This document shows positions 47,657-58,920 of a DNA stretch of 64,000 bases, one piece after another (positions within the stretch are counted from its first letter, which is position 1; each line of letters starts with the position of its first letter). The stretch is from the NCBI GenBank assembly GCA_040285825.1, contig JAUPSS010000004.1:3603658-3667657 (forward strand). The letters are read 5' to 3'. Under the pieces are notes generated by a model. The model was not told where the DNA came from, made no database searches, and saw nothing but the letters and a program-made list of their open reading frames with translations. This DNA comes from Eukaryota sp. TZLM1-RC (Eukaryota; Protista; Metamonada: BaSk clade). Both the position numbers and the translations under genes were made by a program.

Positions 47657-50600
47657 ATGGATTATGCCTCAATTGAATCTTTAGTTCGATTTCGTTTACG
47701 TAAACCAACTTCCACTAACATTGTGGACATATTACTTCGTTTATCACCTGAATCGTTCCAGGACATACGGCGTCACTTTGGTGGAAAAAGTATCTTGAAC
47801 CTTCACACTGATGACTTTCCCACTTCACTATCTGAGTTTGATTTTGTCAAAGTATTAAAACCACATGTTGTCCAATACTTTTCAGCTGACCTCCAAGATT
47901 CCCCTCTCAGAACTGCTCTCATCAATCTCTTCCACACCATTGACACTTCCTCTTCTGGATCAATCACCTTTGAAGACTTGTCTGAGTACATCATGAGCGC
48001 TCTAGATAGAGGAATGACCAGTGCATCAGACACTCTCACGGTTTTTGCTAGGAAACTTGGTCCTAGTTCACACCGACCTGACTCTCTCTCTTCACCATTT
48101 CATATCCACTTCCCACCCTCCAAAGTTGTTCATATCCATCGTACTTCTTTTGCTTATCTCCTCTCATCCTCAATTGCAATCTATTCTCTTCCCTTCACTC
48201 GTACCCACACCATCCCCGTTGCTTCCCCCACTGCTGTTTGTTCTGCCGGCAAACCTCACACAATTGCTGTAGCCTCTACTTGGAGGGTTTACATCTACGA
48301 CCTCCATACCACCACCATTCTTACCACATTTGACCTTCCCTCTTCGGTTCTTTCGTTAATCCATGTCCCTTTTATAGACTGTCTTTGTTGTGGTCTCGAT
48401 GATGGCCGTATTGCCCTTCTTTTGCTTTCCTCACATGATGTTATAGGGACCACCTTACCTCTTGTTTCTCAGCCCGCCCACGATGCATGGGTCACTTGCT
48501 TGGCTTGTGGTAGTTCTTTCAAAGGAGTTGTTAGTGGTGGTGAAGATGGCAAGCTTTTTGTTTGGACATTGGACTCTATTACTCCAAGTTGCTTTTTGAA
48601 TGCAGGAAGCACGATAAATCTCAAACAACGTAACCTTCGGCCCAAATTAGAATTAGAAGGTGATAATTCTCCAATTACTGCTATAGATATGGCCGAATCT
48701 CTATCAAATTTGATTGTTGTTGGATCACGCAGTGGTCTTGTTACGTTTTACTCTCCTTTTCTATCAAGATCTTGTGGTTCTGTTTCTTTAGGTCGGCCGA
48801 TCGTAAACGTCATCATTTCGCCTTCCTTGTCCTCTGTCCTAGCATTAGATCAAGCTGGTAGGTTAAAGGTAGTTGATATCAAAGTTTTGCGTATAGTTCA
48901 GGTCTTGGGAGAGTCTTCATCTTTAGTTTATCAATCATTTATCCAATCATTTGATTGTTTTCGATCTGATAAGCGTCAGACAAGTGGTACTATTGTTGTT
49001 GTGGACAGGGAAGGAAATTCAACCCTTCTAGATGAAGAACGGAGCTCTGGTGGCTTTGGCTCTTCAATGGCAACAAACTCATTGTATGCTAGTGGAGAGG
49101 AAATTTCAGCTGCGATCAATGTCGTGATTCTAACTGCAACCAACTCTGTGGGGGTCGTTTTCGGAAGTTCTTTATTTTGTTATGACTTGCTTGATGGAAG
49201 ATTCCGTTTTTCTTTGGGAGGTTCCATTTTGAAACTTGTGAATTATTTTTCATTCAATGGAGCCATTTATTATAATTTTAAATCAACCAAAAGTATAACC
49301 GAGACTGTTTCCCCACTCTCAGAGCTCCAATCCTGTTCCTTTCATGAGCAGTCAAGAAAGCTTGTTCTTGGGACGAGTTGCGGAATCTTGTTTAGTTTCA
49401 ATGCGGACAATTGGTCTCCCTTGTTTTATTACAAATTAGCAAATGAACCTGTATTGGATTTAAAATTCTTTGAATCTAATACTGAAAAAGGAAGACAAGT
49501 TAGTCTACTAGTGTACTTCAAATGCCGAATTGTTGTTTTAAATATTACAAAGCCAGACTATCCTTCATGCATTACTGTAATAAGATTCAATTCTAAGATA
49601 GTTGATTCCGAGTTGTATCATGTTGGTGTGAAAACTTTTTTATTCGTGTCCAGTAATGATTCTTTATTTATTTATGAATTGATCAACACTTTGGATTCTT
49701 CTTTTTCTTCATTAATCTGCAAAATTGATTTCGTTTCTGTTCAATATTTACATTATTGTCCTCTATTGAATGTTGTTTTTTGTTTAGTTAAGGAGGGCGA
49801 ATCTGGTTTTGTTCATGTTTTATGTGGACTCTCTTTCAGAATTGTTTGTGTTTTGGGCTTGCCCATGACTTTGGAAGACTCTCACGTTTGCATGGAAACT
49901 TGCCCTGTCAGACAAATACATGATGATAATGAAGAAATCGTTTCAGTCTTTTTAGCAATTTGCAATTTAAATAATTTATTTATTTTTGATTTAAGCAAAT
50001 TAATCAACTCCATCAAGAATTTCAACACGTCTTTGTTAACCAAAAATTCCAAATTCCAATTTGAATTTACTGAACATTTACTTTGTTTCTCATTCAATCA
50101 ACTGCACCCTCTTTTTACTACCACTAATAGAGAAATTAAAGTCTTTAAGATAAGATATGTTACTTCAACTTGTTTTCCTTCTAGCATTTCTTTTTTGAAA
50201 TCAGTACCCAATGCATGTTCATTTACCGTGGGCTTTTCTGATGGAACAATAAAATTAGTTGATGCTCTTAATGCTGATGGTCGGCCCCTTGCTCAGTTAC
50301 ATTCACCTAATCAATCAGATTTGATTGGTTGGCATTTAGAGCGCTCATTATTCATTGATAATCCACATTCTCCTCTCAATGTAGTTTCTGATGGTGATCA
50401 GCAGACCCGAGTTGTTTTTGGAGAGTCGCTATTTGAAATTTCTCGACAAATAGAAACTTTATTGAGTTTCTTCAATCTGGAACCCTCTTTAGATACCTCT
50501 CTATGTCGTTCAACATCCACTGTTTCCCTTGGATCAATTGATTCTGAACAAACATTTGGTTCACCAGCAAGAAACTTTAACTTGAGTTCTCTGGAACCCT

Positions 50601-51154
50601 GCACTGAGTTTGACCATTCTTTGTCATCTATTTCACCTTACTTTTCCAGTTTAAGAAAAGTTACTTCTGAAATCAACACCAATGTTAGTCCATTCTATGC
50701 TAAAAATCGTCATTCCCCATTTAAATCTAGAATGCCCGTGTCTAAAGGTAAAACAAAACGATCAAAATCAACTTTACTTTCTAAATTTGGTGATCTTGAA
50801 TTATTAGAAGATTTATGTTTGATGGATTGCTTAGATGACGACTTTGAACCAAGATCTCCTATGAACCTACAAACCTCTCCAAAAAAAGAAACTCAAAGTC
50901 TACTAACTCCCACGGCATCTGAAATGAATATTTCCTTTGAATTGAATGATAATCTAACCCCTCTGAACAGATCGTTTGACAGGAGGAAGAGCATTTTCAG
51001 CGGAAAGGGTTCTCTTATCGATACCTCTGGTTTCTCAAGTGTTGATGTTCATCAAGACCGCATGCCTTCGTTCACTGAGATGTTTAAAGTGAAAGAAGAT
51101 TTTCTTAGTCCTGGAGAAAAACTCCGTCTTCGATCAAGAAAAGGTCATAGATAG
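47657..51154 (+). CDS. EF-hand + WD40 repeat protein (WDR49/WDR64/EFCAB8-like)
   Basis: EF-hand LFHTIDTSSSGSITFEDL and WD repeat AHDAWVTCL...VVSGGEDGKLFVW. Confidence 0.7.
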   Translation: MDYASIESLVRFRLRKPTSTNIVDILLRLSPESFQDIRRHFGGKSILNLHTDDFPTSLSEFDFVKVLKPHVVQYFSADLQDSPLRTALINLFHTIDTSSSGSITFEDLSEYIMSALDRGMTSASDTLTVFARKLGPSSHRPDSLSSPFHIHFPPSKVVHIHRTSFAYLLSSSIAIYSLPFTRTHTIPVASPTAVCSAGKPHTIAVASTWRVYIYDLHTTTILTTFDLPSSVLSLIHVPFIDCLCCGLDDGRIALLLLSSHDVIGTTLPLVSQPAHDAWVTCLACGSSFKGVVSGGEDGKLFVWTLDSITPSCFLNAGSTINLKQRNLRPKLELEGDNSPITAIDMAESLSNLIVVGSRSGLVTFYSPFLSRSCGSVSLGRPIVNVIISPSLSSVLALDQAGRLKVVDIKVLRIVQVLGESSSLVYQSFIQSFDCFRSDKRQTSGTIVVVDREGNSTLLDEERSSGGFGSSMATNSLYASGEEISAAINVVILTATNSVGVVFGSSLFCYDLLDGRFRFSLGGSILKLVNYFSFNGAIYYNFKSTKSITETVSPLSELQSCSFHEQSRKLVLGTSCGILFSFNADNWSPLFYYKLANEPVLDLKFFESNTEKGRQVSLLVYFKCRIVVLNITKPDYPSCITVIRFNSKIVDSELYHVGVKTFLFVSSNDSLFIYELINTLDSSFSSLICKIDFVSVQYLHYCPLLNVVFCLVKEGESGFVHVLCGLSFRIVCVLGLPMTLEDSHVCMETCPVRQIHDDNEEIVSVFLAICNLNNLFIFDLSKLINSIKNFNTSLLTKNSKFQFEFTEHLLCFSFNQLHPLFTTTNREIKVFKIRYVTSTCFPSSISFLKSVPNACSFTVGFSDGTIKLVDALNADGRPLAQLHSPNQSDLIGWHLERSLFIDNPHSPLNVVSDGDQQTRVVFGESLFEISRQIETLLSFFNLEPSLDTSLCRSTSTVSLGSIDSEQTFGSPARNFNLSSLEPCTEFDHSLSSISPYFSSLRKVTSEINTNVSPFYAKNRHSPFKSRMPVSKGKTKRSKSTLLSKFGDLELLEDLCLMDCLDDDFEPRSPMNLQTSPKKETQSLLTPTASEMNISFELNDNLTPLNRSFDRRKSIFSGKGSLIDTSGFSSVDVHQDRMPSFTEMFKVKEDFLSPGEKLRLRSRKGHR

Positions 51155-51271
51155 GCTTGATTTGATTGATTGGGGAGTCAATCAATTGTAAATATTTAAT
51201 TGTAAATATAATGTTTTTTTGTTTTTTTTTAAATTAATTGTTGTATTTAATATTTTATTGTGTTATTAAAA

Positions 51272-51950
51272 TTACTCTTTCTTATTACCATACACGTCAA
51301 ACTTTGTTAATGTTTGACAAGCACTAACCATTTGAATCACATTCATAAACTGCTTCACTACCATCGGAACTGCCACTATTTTGAGCAATACCAGCACCAA
51401 TGGATGACTAAACCACCGGTAAACATAAGCCAAAACAAAAAACAATTCGTTTCCAAGACAAAGAATGGACATGAACCATCTTTTGGAATAATAAAAGCGG
51501 AGAAGGCGATTCTTGGAGGCTTGAACCTGTTTATGAGAAGTACTGCCAAGAAGGAGGGAGCTTGAGTTAATAATTCAAGAGCCAAACCAATTCATGTGGA
51601 AGTAGTGACTGGAAATGTCAAGGGCGATCAAAACGTTGAAGTGGATCAGATAGGTTGGGTACAGGATCGCCAGTGCAACACATAGACAGGAAGTGGAGAA
51701 GCTTTAGTTAAATAATAAGCTAGTCAAACCGATCAGTGATCATATCAAGTACAGCTCCAAGCTGCGATGATTGGCCTAAAGCACGGGCAACAAAGCCATC
51801 AACACCATCAAGTAAAAAAGAGATGAAGTAAAGGGCAGCACAGAGTCTCCAGTTGGTAAAAGTCCACTTAAAACATATTAGAGAGAGAATGATACGTGCA
51901 TATCCAATGATATTTGGAACGTAGAAATAGACCTTATAATGACTAGACAT
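51272..51950 (-). CDS. PIS1: Phosphatidylinositol synthase; 3 exons (51950-51730, 51701-51588, 51560-51272)
   Basis: VPNIIGYAR and DGVDGFVAR...GAVLDMITDR (CDP-alcohol motif). Removing two GT-AG introns restores LDISSHYFHM...SHK...GNELFF. Confidence 0.92.
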
Positions 51951-52079
51951 CAGCTGATGGCACAAAAATGCTAAGTTTGTTGAGATAATGCTGCCAAAAG
52001 TGAGTTTGTTGATTGCCTAAAATTTATTTATACTTCAATGTTTTTTCACCCATAAAGATTATAAAGATCTCGCCACAAA

Positions 52080-53750
52080 AAGACATCAAATCTTTTATTG
52101 TTTTTTCTTAAACCAATTTGTGAAAATCAGACAAAAAAATTCCTGCTTCTACTGATAGTCTTACGCTTATAGAAATTGGGAAAGCATTAAAAATAAGTGG
52201 TCCACTTCTATCAGTATTGGCTGCTTCAATATCTTTGTCATATTTTCAATGTTTTTCTTGGCCCTCAAATTCGAGAGCATCTACAGGATTGAGTTTTCAT
52301 CTTTGAACCAAAGTGCCATTTGCAACAATTCAGGAGGCAAAGTCAAAAACAGCTTCAGAGTTCTCAATCCAATCACAGTATACATCACCTCTATCATCAG
52401 AACCAAAATTATTCAGAGAAAGTGTTTCCTTCAGCAGAGGCTCCTTGATACACGAAATTCTTGCAGTTCGTGCCATATTAAAAACAGTGTCTCTAACAGC
52501 ATCATGTATTGAAGAACGATAAGTTATCAATTTCGAACAATTCATGGCATGGCGCAAAGTGAGCTGTGGTGAATTCGAACAATTACATTTTTCTTTTGAT
52601 AAGAATTGATTAATGGGGATATTCAAATATAATCTCCTTTTTGTTACGAACGCTTCATTAGTAGCACACAGTCCAAATCTTTGTGGTACAATGGTTACAA
52701 ACAGTGAAGAATCTGATGACTGATTTTCACAAACATCCTTTTCCAATAACAATGAGTGAAGATCATGATTTAGAACAGCCGAGCTGTTCATAATTTTATA
52801 AAGATCATTTTCATACATCACAGTCAATCGTTTCTGTAATTTTCGAAGAGTGTATTTTAAGTTTCAAAGATTCTTTTCCGGAATATTATCATTGAATGAT
52901 TGGGGAAAGCATCAACTCCATTTTTCTACTTCAATTTTTGAAATTTCTTCATTTAATGCAACAACAGTGGAACTTTGCGTTGTCATTAATAAATCTTCCC
53001 AATCTGCAAATCTTTCAGAAAACTCAGTTATGGAACTTCTACATTCACCAATAAAAGCAGACTGAGTAAGAATAGAGGCATACAACCTAAACCCCCATAA
53101 TGTGGACTAAGATAAGCATGATTAGAACGTTGGTACATGTGACACCCTATCAGTTCAGATAAAACATCAACACGCAATTCACTAAACTTTCGGGCTGCAG
53201 GTTTCGAGATAAGAGGATAAATGGGTCGAAATATATGATTGAAATTTGAATTGACACAGAGTCTTATCATGGTAAATTTGAAGCATATCCAATATCATCA
53301 TTTGGTCAATTTTTCCAGAAATAATATTCAATTTTTCAAATACTTGTTTGGAGATTTCATCGTTCTTGCCTATAAAAGAACCTAGAAGACGAATTGGATC
53401 AGTTGAATATAACTTGGATTGAATTTCAATTCCACCACCTATTGTTGAAATACGAAAAATTGAAAGTAAACACATTTAAGTTCAGTCGAAGGCCAATTTT
53501 GTTGAAGAATTCTTCAAAACATAAAGTTGCTTATTTACTATCGTTAACTCGCCTATTACACCACATCACCGATGTAATCAATTATTTTTAAAGAAGGAAA
53601 CATTGAATTCGTAATAAAATTAAATGTATTGCCAGAAAAAGAAAAAATGTCCCAAGGGGACACCTGGTTTAACGTCGCTGGATGATTTCAAAAAAGATTT
53701 AGTAAAAAATAATTCAGAATTGGAGTAGTATATCGTTTGAAATTAAGGTA
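52080..53750 (-). mobile_element. Degraded family A copy including RT remnants
   Basis: DVKPGVPLG (degenerate QGxPL), YIGDVV (degenerate YxDD), RLLGSFIG, knuckle and RGD motifs. Confidence 0.85.
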
Positions 53751-53763
53751 ACAAATTTTACAT

Positions 53764-53854
53764 TTCAAGATTTTGTAGAGAAAATCTTGGTTCAATGATA
53801 GTCGTCCCATTAGTTATGAGTCAATTTAATTAAGTGTGCAAATTCAATAAATAC
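53764..53854 (+). mobile_element. ~90-bp family A 3' fragment
   Basis: Ends in aattcaataaatac. 9-bp TSD attttacat at 53755-53763/53855-53863. Confidence 0.8.
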
Positions 53855-54568
53855 ATTTTACATGAAATGATTCTTGATACCATAATCATTTGTGAATGAG
53901 GAAAACTGTCACTAAACACTAGTTCATTTAACTAGACATATGAACGAAATTTGCCAGATAACTACTTCAATTATGGGTGTTGCTTCAAGCAGACTAATGA
54001 ATCAATAGATAACCAAGTTCACAAATCCACAGTAGTTCCTACAAACATGGAGAAACTGACTGATAAGTGCATCTGCAAACTACACTGTCATGACTCAGTG
54101 AAATTCAAAATGAGAAAATGAAAAAAAATCCTTGGTAAAATTAACTACATAACATGTAGGCTCCCTTTTCGGTCAAGGACATGACTATCTGATTGTACCT
54201 TAACACAACGAAAGGGAAGATCTTTGAGGTAACAGCTCGGCCCATAGGATGTGTGGTTGACGTCGCCCCTCTCAACAGTCTTAACTTCAACAACCTGTTC
54301 TTTGAGGATGCCTCTATGTACTTGTACAGCTTATCTCAACATGATTCACTAGCTGTTATGTACCACGTAACTTGCAAATCTGCTTCAATTTTTGTCACAA
54401 AAAGCACAATGATTTTGTGTTATTGTGTGTGGTTCAGAAGTGATCAAATTAGTCTACTTCAACGAGTAGGCAGCTACTTCGGCAGTATTGATCATTGATC
54501 AGAAGTATTAACAAAGTTTTATAACAAAGCTATAATAAAGATAAATAAACAATAATCTAGTAATTGTG

Positions 54569-55099
54569 TTAGAGTTGTTGCCCATTGAACTGGCCATTGT
54601 ATACTCCTTCACCATGCATTCTCATGAAAACAAACTGGCAAACAGCAACACCAGGCTTCAGAATGAGAGTGTTAGGAGATGCATTGTAAATTTCAAGTAC
54701 TTGTTGATTTTTGATGCCGGGGTTCATAAATCCAGCGGTGATATGAATAGCCATTCCAAAGCGTGCGAAGCGAGACCTACCTTCTAAAATGCCACAATAG
54801 GATGGAGAGAGGTGTATCGTTTCCTTGGTGATACCGAGGCAAAGTTGACCAGGCTTAAGTTCAAAACCCTCGTCATCAGAGACGACAACCTTTTCAGTGT
54901 AAGCCTTGTAGTTGCTGGATTCAATCATCGGTATGGCTTCGTTTCGTTCAGGAAAGAATCTGAATTCATTGTCAAGGTGGAGATCAATAGAGGCGCAATT
55001 AACTCTTGATTTGTTGAAAGGGGTGATGGATATGTCCCCAGACTCAATGGCTGATAGGATTTCGTCTTTACTTAGTACAGCTCCGCAGGGAGAGTTCAT
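54569..55099 (-). CDS. dcd: dCTP deaminase (trimeric dUTPase superfamily)
   Basis: ASIDLHL, LEGRSRFARFG, HITAGFMNPG, VLEIYN, VCQFVF and YNGQF. Confidence 0.88.
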   Translation of the reverse strand: MNSPCGAVLSKDEILSAIESGDISITPFNKSRVNCASIDLHLDNEFRFFPERNEAIPMIESSNYKAYTEKVVVSDDEGFELKPGQLCLGITKETIHLSPSYCGILEGRSRFARFGMAIHITAGFMNPGIKNQQVLEIYNASPNTLILKPGVAVCQFVFMRMHGEGVYNGQFNGQQL

Positions 55100-55759
55100 T
55101 GATTTGATCTAAAGAGGTGGTTGAAAATCACACTTCAATTTCTTCAATTTGACTGTATTACTCTGTTGTCTATTTCAAAGAAAAACAGCAAATGGTTGTG
55201 GTCCAATAAGACATGTGTAATAAATGACACTTTCAATGTTTAAAACTTGTTGAAGTCTTACAAAATATTGTTTCTGTAATTATATTGCAGGTACATGGAC
55301 ACAAACACAGGTTCTTAAACCACAATGAGGAAAATATTGGCTAATGGCGAAACAATATCCCCTATTCAACACAGATTAATCTTCAAACAACTGCTAAAAG
55401 AATTGAAGGATAACGAAAAACTATAGTGCTCACCTTGATACACATTCTATTTAAATACATTGGTTTCAACTACACTCAATTGTTCACTGATCCATCCACA
55501 GACAATTTATCTGAAGCTCAATAGAAGAAAATGGATCTACTCATACAATTAATTAGTGTGGTGCAACAGCAATGAGTTTATTGAGTTGAAGTAAATCAGT
55601 AACTAGTTAATGTCCATGCAATTGATAACTCATGAAACTTGGGAAATATTTACAAATAGAAAGTTGTAACAGAAGGAAAATCAGCTTTGTCGCAATTCAT
55701 CTCCGAAAGTGACAAATGAAAAACGATTATGGATTCTGTTAAACAAGAGAATTAAAAAA

Positions 55760-56193
55760 AAGGTAGTGTAAAAGATTTGGTAAATAAAATGGAACAAAAA
55801 ATTCACCTCACATGGTTTTAGACGCATGGTTTTTTAGCATGGTTTTAAACGGCTGGCAAATAAAGAGGAGCCCCGGGAACGTCTGCTGCCAATCTCCTGA
55901 AAAAGGGACATTGTGTTGTTACCAAATTAGGGGTGTTGTCTTGAGAGCAAATTTATATTTGGTATCCAGAATTGCGCTTTTGGCGCCACACTTGGCATGT
56001 GCTGGAATTGTTTCTACAGAAATCTTCCAGACTAAATGATTGCTGGTTACTCCTTTCATTTCTTCTGAACCATTGAACTGAAGAACAGATTAGCCAGTCG
56101 TTATGAAACGTAAGGTTGAGGGAACGAAGCTTCAACAGTAGCACCAGTCTTTATGTCAAAGCCCACCACTGCAATGACGAAGTTTGTGGTCAT
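55760..56193 (-). pseudogene. Possible uDENN (DENND6/AVL9-like) gene remnant
   Basis: MTTNFVIAVVGFDIKTGATVEASFP resembles the uDENN start; stops follow. 3' extent is uncertain. Confidence 0.35.
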
Positions 56194-56369
56194 GAAAATG
56201 GATTGGATTGGAATTGTGATGAGACTTTGAGATTGATGGCGAATGTTGGTGAAATGAATGAAAAAGAGAAAACCTCCCAAAACCAAGTTGAGGGTTAAAA
56301 ACCAGCCAGAATGGGCCACCAGAAGTCGCGATTGGGGTGACTAGTGCAAAATTTGAGAAATAAGCTCAT

Positions 56370-58896
56370 AAAACTTTAAATATCATTAAACAAAAATACC
56401 CTTCTATAAAAATAGTTGCTTATATGGATGATATATCCTTGATTGGTTCATTTGATTTAGTAGAATTGGTTGCTCAAGTAATTGCCGATTCATATGAAAA
56501 TATTGGGCTTTATCTTAATGCGAGCAAATGCCTTCTGATTGGCTCTTCTGCTCAAGATCTTGTGATAAACGATTCTATTGTCCCTTTTACTAATTATAGT
56601 AGTGATGCTTTTAAGTTCCTTGGTTGTTGGTTAGGAAACGTGCCTCAAATTCAGAATGAATTGCAAGTTATTTTGGAAAAAATGAATATTGAACTTGATT
56701 CAATTTCTTCTTTAGATTTAGAAAAGCATATTAAATTTTTCATGCTTAAAATTTGCTACACTGGGAGAATAACCCACATTTTGAGATCTTGTGCTCCTTC
56801 CACAGCATTAGATTTTTGTCGTTCATTTAATTCATTGAGAACAGAATTTTTTGCTGATTTATTGGATGTAGAACCAGGAATGTTGAAAAGTCACTTATTT
56901 TCTTCAGCAAATTTGGGTGGTATTCGATTTAATAAGTCTTCAATTTTGTGTCAATCAGCATTCTTGGGTGGTGGCAAAAATTTTATTTATGAATTTTCTC
57001 GTAGATTTCCTGATGATTCTCATCTGTTAGTCCCCAATTGCAGTCCCTATTTGTATGAGTTATCTTGTGAACTTGAAAAATTACCGCCACAAATTTGGAC
57101 CAAATGTTTTCCTCAATCAATTCAAGAAATTCCAAACCGATCTCTATTTAATTTACAGTTTTGCTGTAAAAAGCTTCAACAAAAATTGTCAAAGATTTTT
57201 GAAAGCTTGGATTTTGATGTTAGACTTGGCTTGGCCAAGAAAAAGAATCCCGCTTTTGCAAATCTTTTACAAGATATGTGTGACAGTACTTCTTCTGCCT
57301 TAGTAACAACAATTCCACAAGTTTATGGTACTCTCTTCTCCGATTCTGCTTGGACTCTGAATATGAGATTTCGTTCCTTTATCTGGCCTGATAATTTACC
57401 TCATAATTTAATTTGTAAATGTTCTCGAGAAATTACAACTACTCATCTGTTAAATTGTAAACATTTTATTACTTTTAGAAGTAAGGTTCATGATGCTGTA
57501 AGAGACCAGTTATATTGTATGTGTAAATCTCATAGAATTGAATGCTTCTTGGAACCTCTATTGTCAAATCTGTTTGATACAGAAGATGATTTTCATAAGA
57601 ATAATAGAGGTGATGTTATATTACCTGGATTAGATGGAAGTTTTATTTTAGTGGATGTAATGTCTGTTGATCCTTGTATTGCCTCAAATGAAAGGCTAGT
57701 TAATTCTGAAATTCATAATCCCCTTTCAAATGCTGAAAATTTTAAATTCAAAAAATACAATGAACCTTTGTCCAAATTGTTCTGTCTAAAGCATGCAAAA
57801 TACAATTTGTATCCTTTGGTATTTTCCCTTTTTGGTTCACTTTCACCAACTGCTTTACGTTTTTTGGATGATTTTGAAATGATTGTAAAGAGAAGAACTG
57901 GGAGAAATTTTAACAGATTGTATTGGCAAAGTAGAATTGTGTTTTCTATTTTTAAGGGGATGTTGAAGATGGTTTCTGATGCTTTGCTTTCTCTTGGATC
58001 TCACTATGAGAGAGTTGCATCTAGTGTTTTTGTTCTGGGAGAGATGGATTTTTTAGATGTTTATTTATAGGTTTTGAACTAATGAAGCATTTGTAACAAA
58101 AATGAGATTATATTTGAACATCCCCATTAACCAATTATTATCAAAAGAAAAATGTATTTGTTCGAATTCACCTCAACTCACTTTGCACCATGCTCTAAAT
58201 TGCTCTAAATTGATAACTTATCGTTCTTCATTACATGATGCTGTTAGAGACACTGTTTTCAATATGGCACAAACTGCAAGGATATCGTGTAACAAAGAGC
58301 CCCTGGTGAAGGAAACACTTTCTCTGAATAATTTTGGTTCTGATGATAGAGGTGATGTATACTGTGATTGGATTGATAGTTCTGAAGCTATTGTTGACTT
58401 TGTCTCATGTAATGTTGCAAACGATACTTTGGTTCACAGAAGAAAACTTAATCCTGTGGCTGCTCTGGATTTTAAAGCAAAAGAAAAACATAGAAAATAT
58501 GATAAAGAAATTGAAGATGCAAATGTCGATAGAAATACACAGCTGGTTTTTATTGCTTTCCCATTTTCGATAAATGGAAGATTATCAGTTGAAGCAGAAA
58601 CTTTTTTGGATGACTTCCAAAAAATGGTGAAAGAAAAAACAATGAAAAGATTTGATATTTTTTATGGCGTTCACGGATTCAATTTGCCATTATTAATAGA
58701 TTACCGCGGTTTTTCAATCGAATTAGAGAAGCTTTAGCTAGACAGCAAGCAAATCAAGATTTTGTAGAGGAAATCTTGGTTTAATGATAGTCGTCCCATT
58801 AGTTATGATTTAATTTAATCAAGTGTGCAAATTCAATAAATACGATATAGGTTTTGAATAAAGTTAAAATTAAATAAAAAAAAGTGTAATTAAAGA
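56370..58896 (+). mobile_element. 5'-truncated RLE non-LTR retrotransposon, family B (open frame to 58070)
   Basis: VAYMDD (RT), GLYLNASKC, KFLGCWLG, CKC..HLLNC and RGD..D..AENFKFKKY. 12-bp TSD aaataagctcat at 56358-56369/58897-58908. Confidence 0.92.
58079..58845 (+). mobile_element. Family A copy nested in the family B 3' UTR
   Basis: 13-bp TSD tataggttttgaa at 58066-58078/58846-58858. Confidence 0.9.
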
Positions 58897-58920
58897 AAAT
58901 AAGCTCATTATTTTCACTAC

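Noticed and set aside
53556-53577. ttacacc...caccgatgta as an inverted match to the Fanzor right end
   Set aside because: It lies within the degenerate YxDD codons of a family A retroelement, so it is coincidental.
54180-54500. Kinase-like fragment on the minus strand (VQVHRGILKEQVVEVK)
   Set aside because: No further kinase subdomains are recognisable.
55296-55430. Ubiquitin-like remnant (ISPIQHRLIFKQ...ELKD)
   Set aside because: Too short and interrupted by stops to support.
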